The translations under genes were made by a program, and so were the position numbers. Of a stretch of 53,062 nt of DNA, positions 28,301 to 36,947 are shown piece by piece (the first letter of the stretch is position 1; every line of letters begins with the position of its first letter). The notes beneath the pieces were generated by a model, which searched no databases, had not been told where the DNA came from, and saw only the letters and a list, made by a program, of their open reading frames with translations. The DNA is from an uncultured Porphyromonadaceae bacterium (GTDB lineage Bacteria; Bacteroidota; Bacteroidia; Bacteroidales; UBA12481): the NCBI GenBank assembly GCA_964416825.1, contig CAYQFT010000003.1, positions 1 to 53,062 of the forward strand. Direction: 5' to 3'.

Positions 28301-28641
28301 ACCCGGGTTGGAGTTTTCTTGTCTACCGGACGTGGCGCAGGACGATAATCCCGGGGAACTTCCTTAACCTCTTTTACTCCATCAACACGGGTTATACAAA
28401 TTCTCTTAATCTCCCCGTCAACCAGCATTTCGCAAGCACCGCATTTCCCAATGCCGCATTCAAGACTCCTGTTCCTTCCCTGGATACTATGGCTATGCAC
28501 CGGGAAACCAGCCTGATGCAGCGCTGCTGCAATGGTGAAGCCTTGCTCGCCGGTTACCTTTACGCCTTCAAAATTAAAAGTCAGCTGTTCGCGCTTTTCA
28601 ATATCCAGAATCGGATGTTCAATAATTTTCAACATGATCAA
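25399..28641 (-). CDS. Giant fused iron-sulfur flavoprotein: 2Fe-2S, pyridine-nucleotide-disulfide oxidoreductase, 2x[4Fe-4S], BFD-like 2Fe-2S, DAO-type FAD dehydrogenase
   Basis: 1080 aa. Motifs in order: CGIGKCGACEMLVDGE; IIGAGPAGLA and VGAGNIGYL; CNPCEFACPHGAI and CIGCMDCVYQCPGLAI; CHCDDVTMDEI..GMGACRGKRC; VVGGGIGGSALF. The architecture resembles fused HcnA/B/C, sarcosine oxidase or archaeal proline dehydrogenase subunits. Confidence 0.75.
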   Translation of the reverse strand: MIMLKIIEHPILDIEKREQLTFNFEGVKVTGEQGFTIAAALHQAGFPVHSHSIQGRNRSLECGIGKCGACEMLVDGEIKRICITRVDGVKEVKEVPRDYRPAPRPVDKKTPTRVYRSAVTIIGAGPAGLATREILNRHGIDNIVIDNNDKIGGQFLMQTHQFFFFEKEKKFGGMRGFDIAKTLAGENLDGIFLNCTVWDILEGKRLAIKNIVTQEIFYIDTEHLVIATGAVPFMPTFENDDLPGVYTAAVVQKMMNNEFTLLGKNILTVGAGNIGYLTSYQLMQAGATVKAIVEAMPREGGFPVQANRVRRLGIPVMLNHLLIKAIPNEDRTGIVGAVVAESVNFQPVPGTEKIIEGIDAINICTGLVPDDQLLIKGKEVFGRNVYGAGDAIRIGEGTSAVLRGKQVAYELLEEMGERFDYDAYLALSKEYIDSQQHPIKIIDTPYLPSANRMNGKGFVQIDCLYGFACNPCEFACPHGAITKTSTSTVPQIDFDKCIGCMDCVYQCPGLAIFGYNLPKDWLFLPIEYTAEAGSEVYLVDNNGNILGTGMLEKILKKANKTDVARVKALDIHGEKLVEVRGFIIKARYPEPVRIRPVQTEVENPTYVCHCDDVTMDEILERIGDRKFISVDEIKHTTRLGMGACRGKRCIKRLKTALHGSGIQIVGDATPRGPLSNQVGMGELYPKVTSEQIHIVDRSRQPEKIRVEALVVGGGIGGSALFRYLSEAGKKPVLVNSGRGASWRNIAGGRPNFSVPELSDIARHNLEIFKELQKIKNIDFRPIDYVTFAHDEDMLKALEASMSWSDAEMIGPEKYSTRISPFINDRLAESYPAALITHDCWQATPGRVIDLIRTLGIAKGGTIWEDCKLIDVRKDGREFNVLVQNHDKKYLEITTPNFINAMGPEGHHFARKLGIETGMYPVKHQAFITRRLPMLGVNGAPLPMVIDRQKYKGFSAVYGQQLGETGQVIGCASPATDPQESDKNLKINSQDFLEIASEVFVNWIPELSSVGFQAVWAGYYVEPRMILDPSLGLFLGLRGQGFMLGQYLAKLYVDSLTGKPVPEYFRQLAMTGDGLLEKAFK

Positions 28642-28793
28642 GTCATAGTATTTGGACGTTCAAAAGTAGGGCGGGTATCACCAGGTATAAATGACCTTTA
28701 TCATCCGTGTTAATGATATGAAACAGGGTTTTCATTATGTTTGAGGAGCAGGTTTTCTAATCAGGGAATAGTGCACATAATCTTAATGATACA

Positions 28794-29858
28794 ATGGAAG
28801 CGCCCAGAATCGATGAACGTACGATCATGTTTTCCAGAGCGGAACTCGTGCCGGGAACGGAGCGTTATGAAGCTTATTACCAGGATCATCCCGATCATCT
28901 CGATTCCGACTTAAAATTCCGGGCTTTACCGGGGTTATTGAATCCTTCTGCCACTTATTTCAGTCCTCTGGCTTTTGCAGCTGCAGAAGCAGGATTCTTT
29001 ACAACAGGCTGTCTGGCTGAGCAGGTAGATGGTCCGGTTAATCCGGAAAGAACTTCACAGTCCCCCGAACGGGTGCTTGGATTTATTAGAAATTGGGCTT
29101 TTGACATGGGAGTTCATTCAATTGGGGTCACCACTATCAAACCCAGCCATCTTTATTCCGTCGGAGGACGGGCAAGAAACTATGGAAAGCCGGTCATATT
29201 AAGCCATACAAAAGCGATTGTCTTTACTGTTGAAATGGATTACAACAGGGTTTCCGCTGCTCCAAAGGCCCCAATAATAATGGAGTCTTCCAATCAGTAC
29301 CTCCATGCTGGGACGGTTGCTTTGCAGATTGCTGCCATGTTAAGAAATCTGGGTTATTCAGCCCGGGCACATATTGACGCAAATTATCTGGTAAGATGTC
29401 CTCAGATTGCCCGGGATGCCGGTCTGGGTGACCTTGGCAGAATGGCACTGTTAATGACTCCCCGGTTGGGACCCCGTGTCAGGATTGCTGTGGTTTCTAC
29501 TGACCTTAACTTGCCGGACAGCATCAGGAAAGAGAATCCAGCTATGAAAGATTTTTGCGGAATCTGCAAGAAATGTGCTGATAATTGCCCCGCAAGGGCT
29601 ATTTCTTTTGACTCCGCTCCACCCGGCGAGGACTGGAAAGTCAATCAGGAATCCTGTTACACCTACTGGTGTCGTTCTGGAACCGATTGCGGCAGATGCA
29701 TGTCAGTTTGTCCCTATGCTCACAAGAATAATTACTTTCATAATCTTGTTAGGTGGATCATCACCCAAGCTCATTTTCTTAGAAGAATCGCACTTTTTGC
29801 CGACCATATTATCTACGGAAAAAGGCCGAGGATAGGAAAGCTGCCAAACTGGATGTAG
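28794..29858 (+). CDS. RdhA/QueG-superfamily Fe-S protein (reductive dehalogenase-like), cytoplasmic
   Basis: 354 aa. Motifs: CGICKKCADNCPARAISF and CRSGTDCGRCMSVCPY (two ferredoxin-type cluster motifs), and DAGLGDLGRMALLMTPRLGPRVRIAVVSTD. No Tat signal. QueG-specific N-terminal motifs not recognised. Confidence 0.5.
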   Translation: MEAPRIDERTIMFSRAELVPGTERYEAYYQDHPDHLDSDLKFRALPGLLNPSATYFSPLAFAAAEAGFFTTGCLAEQVDGPVNPERTSQSPERVLGFIRNWAFDMGVHSIGVTTIKPSHLYSVGGRARNYGKPVILSHTKAIVFTVEMDYNRVSAAPKAPIIMESSNQYLHAGTVALQIAAMLRNLGYSARAHIDANYLVRCPQIARDAGLGDLGRMALLMTPRLGPRVRIAVVSTDLNLPDSIRKENPAMKDFCGICKKCADNCPARAISFDSAPPGEDWKVNQESCYTYWCRSGTDCGRCMSVCPYAHKNNYFHNLVRWIITQAHFLRRIALFADHIIYGKRPRIGKLPNWM

Positions 29859-29913
29859 AATTTTAATAACTTTACACCCTCGATATTTATAAATCTCAGA
29901 TTAACAGAAGAAT

Positions 29914-30528
29914 ATGGAAAAGTCGTATAAAGGTATTATTGGGGCACTCGCAGTTGCAGTCGTTGTATTGTTCATCCTGCATTTTACGGATTCCGGAAGT
30001 GGATCATCTAAAGATCAAAAAAATGTTGAAAGTGCAGTTGTACAGAAACCAGGCGAACTCAAGGTAGCTTATGTTTTTGTGGATTCAGTGCTGGCTAATT
30101 ATGAGTATTACAAAGTTCTGACCGATAAGCTCCTTGCAAACAAATCAGGCCTTGAAAAGGAACTGGGTTCCAAAGGGGAAGCTTTTCAGAAGGAAGTCAA
30201 TGAATTTCAGTATAAAGTTGAGAAGAAACTTATAACATCCTGGGATGCGGAATCAAGGCAGAAGCAGCTAACTGAAAAACAGCAGGTTTTGGTCAATCTG
30301 CAGAACGACATGCAGCAAAGATTGTTACAGGATGAGCAGGCTGTTAACATCCAGTTACATGACAGTGTGATGTCCGCTGTTACGGATGTTAACCGGATTC
30401 TGGGCTACAATGTGATCCTCAGCAATACTTTTGGCGGGGGATTGTTGTATGCCGAAGATTATATGAATATTACCTCAAAAATACTCGACAGGCTGAATGA
30501 ATCCTTCCGCAAATCTCAGGCGAAATAA
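29914..30528 (+). CDS. OmpH/Skp-family periplasmic chaperone
   Basis: 204 aa. N-terminal hydrophobic segment, then a K/E/Q-rich coiled-coil body typical of OmpH. Confidence 0.75.
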   Translation: MEKSYKGIIGALAVAVVVLFILHFTDSGSGSSKDQKNVESAVVQKPGELKVAYVFVDSVLANYEYYKVLTDKLLANKSGLEKELGSKGEAFQKEVNEFQYKVEKKLITSWDAESRQKQLTEKQQVLVNLQNDMQQRLLQDEQAVNIQLHDSVMSAVTDVNRILGYNVILSNTFGGGLLYAEDYMNITSKILDRLNESFRKSQAK

Positions 30529-31807
30529 GCCTGGTTTTGCTGAACTGTACCTCGAAAGGTATTCATCCGGACCGGGATCAGGGCTTCCTGAACCCGATCC
30601 GGATCTGCTTTTATCTGTAGTTATCCCAGCATTCAAAGAGCCTGATATTGAAGTTTGCCTACGGTCGCTCCTGAATTGCATTCCGCCAGGAATTGTCTGG
30701 GAGATTATCGTAGTCATCAATTATCCGGATAATTCATCAGATGAAATATTGAATATCAGTAAGTTATCTTTTGATTGTATCGAAAGGATCAGGGATGATA
30801 CAGATCGTGGAGATGTTAGAATTTATGCTATTTGGTGTCCCGATTTGCCACAAAAACATGCTGGTGTCGGGTTGGCCCGGAAAATTGGAATGGACGAAGC
30901 CATCAGGCGGTTCAACAGCCTGCAAAGGCCAGAAGGTGTCATCGTTTCTTTTGATGCCGATTCAACCTGTGATGTGAATTATCTTACCGGGATCGTGAAG
31001 TTTTTTCAGGAAAACCCAAAAGCCATGACGGCAAACCTGTTCTTCGAGCATCCGCTTGAGGGGCCGCTGCAGGCTGAGAATTATGTCTCCATTACCGATT
31101 ATGAACTCTATCTGAGATATCTGAGGTTGGCGCTCGAACTAGCCGGACATCCCCATGCTATCCATACTGTTGGCTCGAGTTTCTCCCTAAGGGCTTCAAT
31201 GTATGTGAAGGTCAACGGGATGGGCCGACACCGGGCAGGTGAGGATTTTTATTTTTTGCATAAGTGCATTCAGCTTGGCCACTTTTATGAAGTCAATACC
31301 GTAAGTGTATTTCCTTCACCGAGACGATCAGACCGCGTGATTTTCGGAACAGGAGCGTCGATCCAAAAGCAGGCAGGAAGGGTTGAATCTCTTTCGGTAT
31401 ATTGCCTTGAATCCATAGAGGCTTTATCAGGATTTTTTTCTTTCCTGCCGGAGTTTTATGGCAAAAGGAAAGGACCAAAAATGGTAACGATTATCCCGGA
31501 TTTCCTGCCAGATCCCTTGGTTAGCTTTCTGAACGGAATTTCAGCGGGTCAAAAGATCTCGGAACTGGTCTGGACGAGCAATACCTACCCGGTCTTCAGA
31601 AATCGTTTTTTTGCCTGGTTTAACGGTTTCTTGGTTCTGCGTTACCTCAACAGTTACAATGGATCCCAAAATGAAGGGCTGCCTGTTTTGGGCGAGGCCA
31701 ACAAACTAGCCGCCAGGGCAGGTATAACCATGGAAAGCCTAACCATAAAGCTTTTGAGAAATTACCGGAATTTTGAAAAGGCTAGGGGAATCAGGCGGGT
31801 TACTTAG
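30497..31807 (+). CDS. Family 2 glycosyltransferase
   Basis: 436 aa. Motifs: LSVVIPAFKEPD, FDADS (DxD). 32-nt overlap with ompH. Confidence 0.7.
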   Translation: MNPSANLRRNKPGFAELYLERYSSGPGSGLPEPDPDLLLSVVIPAFKEPDIEVCLRSLLNCIPPGIVWEIIVVINYPDNSSDEILNISKLSFDCIERIRDDTDRGDVRIYAIWCPDLPQKHAGVGLARKIGMDEAIRRFNSLQRPEGVIVSFDADSTCDVNYLTGIVKFFQENPKAMTANLFFEHPLEGPLQAENYVSITDYELYLRYLRLALELAGHPHAIHTVGSSFSLRASMYVKVNGMGRHRAGEDFYFLHKCIQLGHFYEVNTVSVFPSPRRSDRVIFGTGASIQKQAGRVESLSVYCLESIEALSGFFSFLPEFYGKRKGPKMVTIIPDFLPDPLVSFLNGISAGQKISELVWTSNTYPVFRNRFFAWFNGFLVLRYLNSYNGSQNEGLPVLGEANKLAARAGITMESLTIKLLRNYRNFEKARGIRRVT

Positions 31808-32114
31808 CCTGATCTTTTTTAAGAATTATAAATAGATCTTCATCAGGGGCTTTCATCAGATACTGTTCTCTGGCAAACTTTTCAAGGTTGGCCGGACTTG
31901 TCTGCAATTGGTTGATTTTTTCTTTTTCTTCCCTGATTTTATCACGGTAAAACGAGGTGTCCTGTTTTAACTGATTCAGCTTTTTCTTTGTTTCGTTCCT
32001 GTCAATCAAGTTGTTCTGGTCGAAAAAAACGATCCAGACAGTAAAGACTACCAACCCCAGAAAAAACTTATTTCTGAGAACGTTCCACACAATATGCCAA
32101 AACTTCTTAGTCAT
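31800..32114 (-). CDS. Septum formation initiator (FtsB/DivIC family)
   Basis: 104 aa. A single N-terminal TM helix followed by a coiled coil (KKKLNQLKQDTSFYRDKIREEKEKINQL) and REQYLMKAPDEDLF. Confidence 0.7.
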   Translation of the reverse strand: MTKKFWHIVWNVLRNKFFLGLVVFTVWIVFFDQNNLIDRNETKKKLNQLKQDTSFYRDKIREEKEKINQLQTSPANLEKFAREQYLMKAPDEDLFIILKKDQAK

Positions 32115-32152
32115 ATGCTACGGACAAAGATACCTTATTACATCAAAATCGG

Positions 32153-32854
32153 TTAAAGGTGAAAGAATTTTCGAAGGCTGGTTCCTCTTTTAAGCCGATA
32201 GTGAAAATATAGTAGGAAAACAGCAAAAGGAAGTATTGCGGATGCCACAACGATCGACCATGTTGGGGTTACTGTCCGATGTTTTATCCAGCTGATGCAA
32301 AGGTCAATAACAATCACGTATGCTGCAATACCCATGGAAACAGCTGCAATTATGTTGAGCCCTTTATGGAGGGTGAGCCTGCTGAAAAGGATAATCAAGG
32401 CGATGAACAGAACTAGGAATACAACCAGTGGCAGGGCGGGAACAACAAACCAGGTAAGGGTGCCATTTAGCATGTCAATGGTAAACAGGAGGGCACAGGT
32501 ATTAACCAGTATTCCTGACAGAAAGATAAAGGGCAATCGTGCAGTGAATACGAGGAGTGTAATATAGATAAACGAAGCAGTCAGACCTGAGATTGCGTAC
32601 CAGGACCAACCAGGTTGCTTGTTTAATATCAGGTCGATAAAAAAAATCATCAGCAGACTTGAAAAATGCAGAATGCCGGATAATTCCCAGAAAAGGTTGA
32701 CCGACTCTTTACGAGTTAGAGGCTTTTCAAGTCCGGGGTAAGTTGATTTCCTTTCGGGTTTGCCGCCACGGTCTTCTTCAAACCGGTTGTGGCAAAGGGG
32801 GCATTCGCTGTAACCCGATTCATGCTCAATGCCGCAGTTTGGACAGGTTTTCAT
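32153..32854 (-). CDS. Polytopic membrane protein with N-terminal zinc ribbon
   Basis: CPNCG..x13..CPLCHN followed by about 6 predicted TM helices. The start at 32854 (MKTCPNCG) lies 4 nt after the upstream stop. The ORF is open to 32893. Confidence 0.6.
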   Translation of the reverse strand: MKTCPNCGIEHESGYSECPLCHNRFEEDRGGKPERKSTYPGLEKPLTRKESVNLFWELSGILHFSSLLMIFFIDLILNKQPGWSWYAISGLTASFIYITLLVFTARLPFIFLSGILVNTCALLFTIDMLNGTLTWFVVPALPLVVFLVLFIALIILFSRLTLHKGLNIIAAVSMGIAAYVIVIDLCISWIKHRTVTPTWSIVVASAILPFAVFLLYFHYRLKRGTSLRKFFHL

Positions 32855-32858
32855 CGCA

Positions 32859-34157
32859 TCAGGGGTCAATAATTTTAATCCGGAGCTGATCATTCGAGAG
32901 AAACTGGAGAAATGTTTTCTCCAGTTGACGTGAGGTGGAGGTGTTAGAAAAAGTGAGGATCATTTTTTCATTGTAGGTCATTACGGCGAGCGATACCCTG
33001 CTTCTGTCGGGTGGGGGTGGGAAAACCCTGAGCCTTTGAATAAACTTGGAAAATTCACCTTCAAAACTAATACGGCCAAGGTTTGTAACAAGGCCGGAAT
33101 AAAGGGTTATTCCTGACCTTTTAAAATAGTATTTGAGGACACGATCCTTCAGCAGAAGAGGAATGATTCGGATGAGCAGGCTTCTTTCTCCATGAACATT
33201 CCGGTGAATAATCTTCTTCATGAGTTTGGGATCGGTCTGATGCTGCATATAGTGATGCACAGAGCGGGATATTTCTTCGAAGGTGTAGGTTCCAAGCCTC
33301 ATGTCGATCTCAGGGGTCACAAACAAAGAAAAATTCCGGAGTGTCCGACTGGGAAAAAGGCTGCGGAGGTTTACCGGGACCTGAATCCGTATAACTGGCC
33401 GCCGACCTAAATTCCTGATATTTCTTACATTCTGGTAAATGTCCTGAAGTGTCCACAGATAAATAGAAACAAAGTACTCAGTAATGGTAATGCCCAGGCT
33501 TCTGGCCCTCTCCCTGACAGGTCCTGGTTCGGTTTCACAATGCAGCATCTGAAGGCTTGCGGGCCTGATTGCTGCAAAGGGCAGATGGTAGGCTTTGGAT
33601 ATCTTTGGCGGTGACTGAACCTGCGGTTCAAAGAACCGGTTATAAGCGTCTTCGGTTTCGTCCGGATCAGGAGTTGATGAGTAATGGTTAAAACCCGCGT
33701 GCGGAACAGATATTCCTTCAATCTCAGCGTAGGCAGCGAGCAGGGTTTTAAAAAACTCGAGCCCTCCGGTGCCATCCGTTATAACATGGTAAAACTCCGC
33801 AGAGATTTTATTATCCCGTGCAAGTATCCTGCACAGCGGTTGCTGGCTCCAGGTGGACCGGAATACCTGACAGGGCTCTCCGGTGTCCTGCATAATCGGA
33901 ATTTCAGAAGAATCCTCATCCAGCCAATACCAAAAGAAACCCTTTCTCAGATGCATGGTGAGGTATGGGTAGCGAAGGGATGCCAGACGGGTGGCTTCTG
34001 CCAGAGTGCTGAACTTGACTGGCCTGTCGATATCAGCCATAAGGCGGAAAACCAGCGTGCGGGTCTTGTTTGTACCGGCTGGGAATATCTTGGCTGCATT
34101 ATCCAGAGGAAGCCATCGTCCCTCAGCTCCAAGGCCCGGTTTTATAGCAAAAGGCAT
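32859..34157 (-). CDS. Condensation-domain-like acyltransferase (HxxxDG family)
   Basis: About 432 aa from Met at 34157 (MPFAIKPGL...). Catalytic-type motif YHVITDGTGGLEFFK. The longer ORF to 34259 would overlap pruA. Confidence 0.55.
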   Translation of the reverse strand: MPFAIKPGLGAEGRWLPLDNAAKIFPAGTNKTRTLVFRLMADIDRPVKFSTLAEATRLASLRYPYLTMHLRKGFFWYWLDEDSSEIPIMQDTGEPCQVFRSTWSQQPLCRILARDNKISAEFYHVITDGTGGLEFFKTLLAAYAEIEGISVPHAGFNHYSSTPDPDETEDAYNRFFEPQVQSPPKISKAYHLPFAAIRPASLQMLHCETEPGPVRERARSLGITITEYFVSIYLWTLQDIYQNVRNIRNLGRRPVIRIQVPVNLRSLFPSRTLRNFSLFVTPEIDMRLGTYTFEEISRSVHHYMQHQTDPKLMKKIIHRNVHGERSLLIRIIPLLLKDRVLKYYFKRSGITLYSGLVTNLGRISFEGEFSKFIQRLRVFPPPPDRSRVSLAVMTYNEKMILTFSNTSTSRQLEKTFLQFLSNDQLRIKIIDP

Positions 34158-34207
34158 CTGGCAAGATTCATACCTATAAAGGTACGAAACAGAATGCTTA
34201 ATTGCAC

Positions 34208-35836
34208 TTATTCTTCCCGCAAGAATGGGTAAGAATGGTCGACCGGAGGCAGAAAACACTCTTTTATGGTTCTTGGGGAGACCCAGCGAAGCAGGTTCAG
34301 CATGCTGCCTGCTTTATCATTGGTGCCGGATCCCCTTGAGCCTCCGAATGGCTGGCGGCCGACTACCGCTCCGGTCGGCTTGTCGTTGATATAAAAGTTC
34401 CCTGCAGTGTTGACCAGCTTCTTACTGGCCAGGTCAAGCGCGTAGCGGTCGCGTCCGAAGATCGCACCGGTCAGCGCATAGGGCGAGGTATGGTTAACCA
34501 GGTCAATGGTTTTTTCAAAGTCTATATCCGGATAGACGAAAATAGTGAGTACGGGGCCAAACAACTCAGTGTGCATGGTTTCGTAATTCGGGTCACGGGT
34601 AAGGAGGACAGTGGGTTCTATGAAATACCCTACCTCTTTGCTGTATCTGCCTCCGGCTATAATCTCAACATCCGGGCTTTGACGGGCTTTCTCAATATAC
34701 CCCGATAATTTGTCAAAAGACTTTTCATCAATGACCGCATTGACAAAATTGGTCAGATCCTCAGGACTGCCCATTTTGAACTGACGCAGATCATCCAGAA
34801 GATGGCACATGACTTCGGGCCAGATGGATTCCGGTATGTATGCCCTTGAAGCTGCCGAGCATTTTTGTCCCTGGTATTCAAAAGCTCCCCTCGATAATGC
34901 TGTTGCCACCTCCAGAGGCCGCGCACTTGGATGTGCAAGAACGTAATCCTTGCCTCCAGTTTCCCCGACCAAACGCGGGAAGGACTTATAATTCCTTATG
35001 TTCTTTCCAACCTCAGACCAGATTGACTGAAATACTTCGGTTGATCCGGTAAAATGGATACCGGCGAGTTCAGGATGGGCCATTACCGTATCTGCTGATT
35101 CCTTGCCAGGAGCAAAAACCATATTTATGACCCCATCAGGCAGTCCGGCAGCACGATAAACATCCATCAAAACTTTTGCAGAATAAACCTGCGTGTGCGC
35201 TGGTTTCCACACCACCACATTTCCCATCAACGCCGGGGCTGTTGCCAGATTCAGCGCAATTGAGGTGAAATTGAAAGGACTGACGGCATAGATAAAACCT
35301 TCCAAAGGTCTCTGTTCCAGACGATTCCAGGTATATCGGTTATTTTCAGGCTGAATCGAATAGATATCAGCCATAAACTGAACGTTAAAATTCAAGAAGT
35401 CAATGGACTCAGAAGCAGCATCAATCTCAGCCTGATGAATGTTCTTAGATTGGCCCAGCATGGTAGCAGCATTTATCTTGTACCTGAAAGGCCCCGAGAG
35501 GAGACTTGCTGCCTTGAGGAAAACGGAGGCTCTCTGTTCCCAGCTTGTTTGTGACCACTGCTCACGTGCCTTGAGTGCCGATTCAATAGCCAGGTTAACA
35601 TGTTCACCCGTTCCCATATGGTAGTGCGCCAGAATGGTTTGATGATCGTGAGGGGCATGGATCGGTTCGAGGTTGCCTGTTTTGATTTCATTTCCACCAA
35701 TGATCATCGGTATTTCCCGGATCACCGACTTCAGTTCCCTCAGGGTCTCTTCAAGTTGCTTACGTTCAGGAGATCCCGGCGAATAGGATTTGATTTCTTC
35801 GTTAACAGGTTTCGGAGGCGTGGAAATACTAATCAT
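34208..35836 (-). CDS. pruA: L-glutamate gamma-semialdehyde (1-pyrroline-5-carboxylate) dehydrogenase
   Basis: Aldehyde dehydrogenase motifs: FTGSTEVF, VGETGGKD, FEYQGQKCSAASR. The start at 35836 is preferred because the ORF extension to 35869 would run into the upstream terminator hairpin. Confidence 0.9.
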   Translation of the reverse strand: MISISTPPKPVNEEIKSYSPGSPERKQLEETLRELKSVIREIPMIIGGNEIKTGNLEPIHAPHDHQTILAHYHMGTGEHVNLAIESALKAREQWSQTSWEQRASVFLKAASLLSGPFRYKINAATMLGQSKNIHQAEIDAASESIDFLNFNVQFMADIYSIQPENNRYTWNRLEQRPLEGFIYAVSPFNFTSIALNLATAPALMGNVVVWKPAHTQVYSAKVLMDVYRAAGLPDGVINMVFAPGKESADTVMAHPELAGIHFTGSTEVFQSIWSEVGKNIRNYKSFPRLVGETGGKDYVLAHPSARPLEVATALSRGAFEYQGQKCSAASRAYIPESIWPEVMCHLLDDLRQFKMGSPEDLTNFVNAVIDEKSFDKLSGYIEKARQSPDVEIIAGGRYSKEVGYFIEPTVLLTRDPNYETMHTELFGPVLTIFVYPDIDFEKTIDLVNHTSPYALTGAIFGRDRYALDLASKKLVNTAGNFYINDKPTGAVVGRQPFGGSRGSGTNDKAGSMLNLLRWVSPRTIKECFLPPVDHSYPFLREE

Positions 35837-35869
35837 GGCGGAGCTGTTTTTATACCCTCTTAAACGCAA

Positions 35870-35896
35870 AAAGCAGCCTTTTGTTAAGGCTGCTTT
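35870..35896 (-). terminator. Rho-independent terminator after the DUF4097 gene
   Basis: 9-bp stem AAAGCAGCC / GGCTGCTTT with a 9-nt loop. The minus strand continues TTGCGTTT. Confidence 0.7.
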
Positions 35897-35927
35897 CGCG
35901 GGAATTATGATCTGTTTGGTTTGAGTG

Positions 35928-36947
35928 TTATTTCAGCTTGATTGAACCCATTGTCATGCCAATTTTGATTTTTCCGGATCCATCACCAAAGGTTCCGGAA
36001 ACCTTTTCATTAGTAACACCTGGCACGTGTTCCTTTTCATTCTTTTCGGCCTTGAATCCGGATGGAACCGAAATCTCGCCCATGGTAGCCGATGCTGACA
36101 ATTTGTAACCGGCTTTGGGATCCATTGTCAGTCTGATGTCACCCATATTTTGTTCAATTTCAATCGATGTGAAGCCGGGGGCTACGTTTTTTACCGTTGT
36201 TGAACCCATATTAGCTTCGAGGGTCAGGCTGCCGGTGAGCTTTTCAACATCACTGTTGCAGTTAGCGAATTCACCGTCCAATTTGTTTACTGTACCGATT
36301 GAAAGCGTACTCAACTGTGCTTCAATTTCGAGCGATGAAACGGAGGTTATTTTAAACATGTCACTGTGCTGAAGGTCAACGGAAGCATTTTTAAGTTCCC
36401 CGATCGTGGCTTTCCCAAACTGAAGTTCAATGCTTGTTTCTGGTCCCGTAAGGCTGACTGCATTGATCGAACCGAACTGGACGCTCAGGTCTGCCTTACC
36501 GGTAAGGGAGCTGACGCTTATATCGCCAAACTGGTTGGATAGACTGATCGGGATGTTTTTCGGGCACTTGATGTGATAATCAATTTTGAAGGATTGTTTT
36601 TCTCCACTATCATTTTTCATGTTCATTTCGCCATCTTTCCCGATTCTGGTTTTGGCAAAAATCTCATTTCCGCCCTCACTGAACTCAATCCTGATCTGTT
36701 CCATGAGTTTTTTTGCCTTTGATTCAGGCGTAGCGGTAACTTCAACAATGTAGGTGATCACTACTTTGTTTTGATCCCAGTCGGTGACAGTGATGTTTCC
36801 AAACTGATTCTCAATTTTCAGGGTTGAAGCTGAATTGGTGGTAAACTCCTTCTGATTCTCTTCCCGAAGGGTTTGTGACTGGAGGCTAATCGCAGCTGTT
36901 AGAAAACCTGCCAGTAAGAGCAGTGATTTAAAGTAACGTGTTTTCAT
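35928..36947 (-). CDS. DUF4097-type beta-strand repeat protein (putative adhesin fold), secreted
   Basis: 339 aa. Signal peptide. Repetitive G-x-I/V-x-V/L beta-strand pattern (FGNITV, FGDISV, FGSINA, MGDIRL, MGEISV, MGSIKL). Last gene of the ECF sigma operon. Confidence 0.65.
   Translation of the reverse strand: MKTRYFKSLLLLAGFLTAAISLQSQTLREENQKEFTTNSASTLKIENQFGNITVTDWDQNKVVITYIVEVTATPESKAKKLMEQIRIEFSEGGNEIFAKTRIGKDGEMNMKNDSGEKQSFKIDYHIKCPKNIPISLSNQFGDISVSSLTGKADLSVQFGSINAVSLTGPETSIELQFGKATIGELKNASVDLQHSDMFKITSVSSLEIEAQLSTLSIGTVNKLDGEFANCNSDVEKLTGSLTLEANMGSTTVKNVAPGFTSIEIEQNMGDIRLTMDPKAGYKLSASATMGEISVPSGFKAEKNEKEHVPGVTNEKVSGTFGDGSGKIKIGMTMGSIKLK

Noticed and set aside
34158-34259. Longer N-terminus for the acyltransferase ORF (start at 34259), and longer pruA (35869), DUF364 (40322), folE (10697) and wtpC (51770) ORFs.
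   Set aside because: The extensions overlap the neighbouring gene or a terminator hairpin, or add non-conserved residues before a well-placed Met. Internal starts are preferred but remain unverified.
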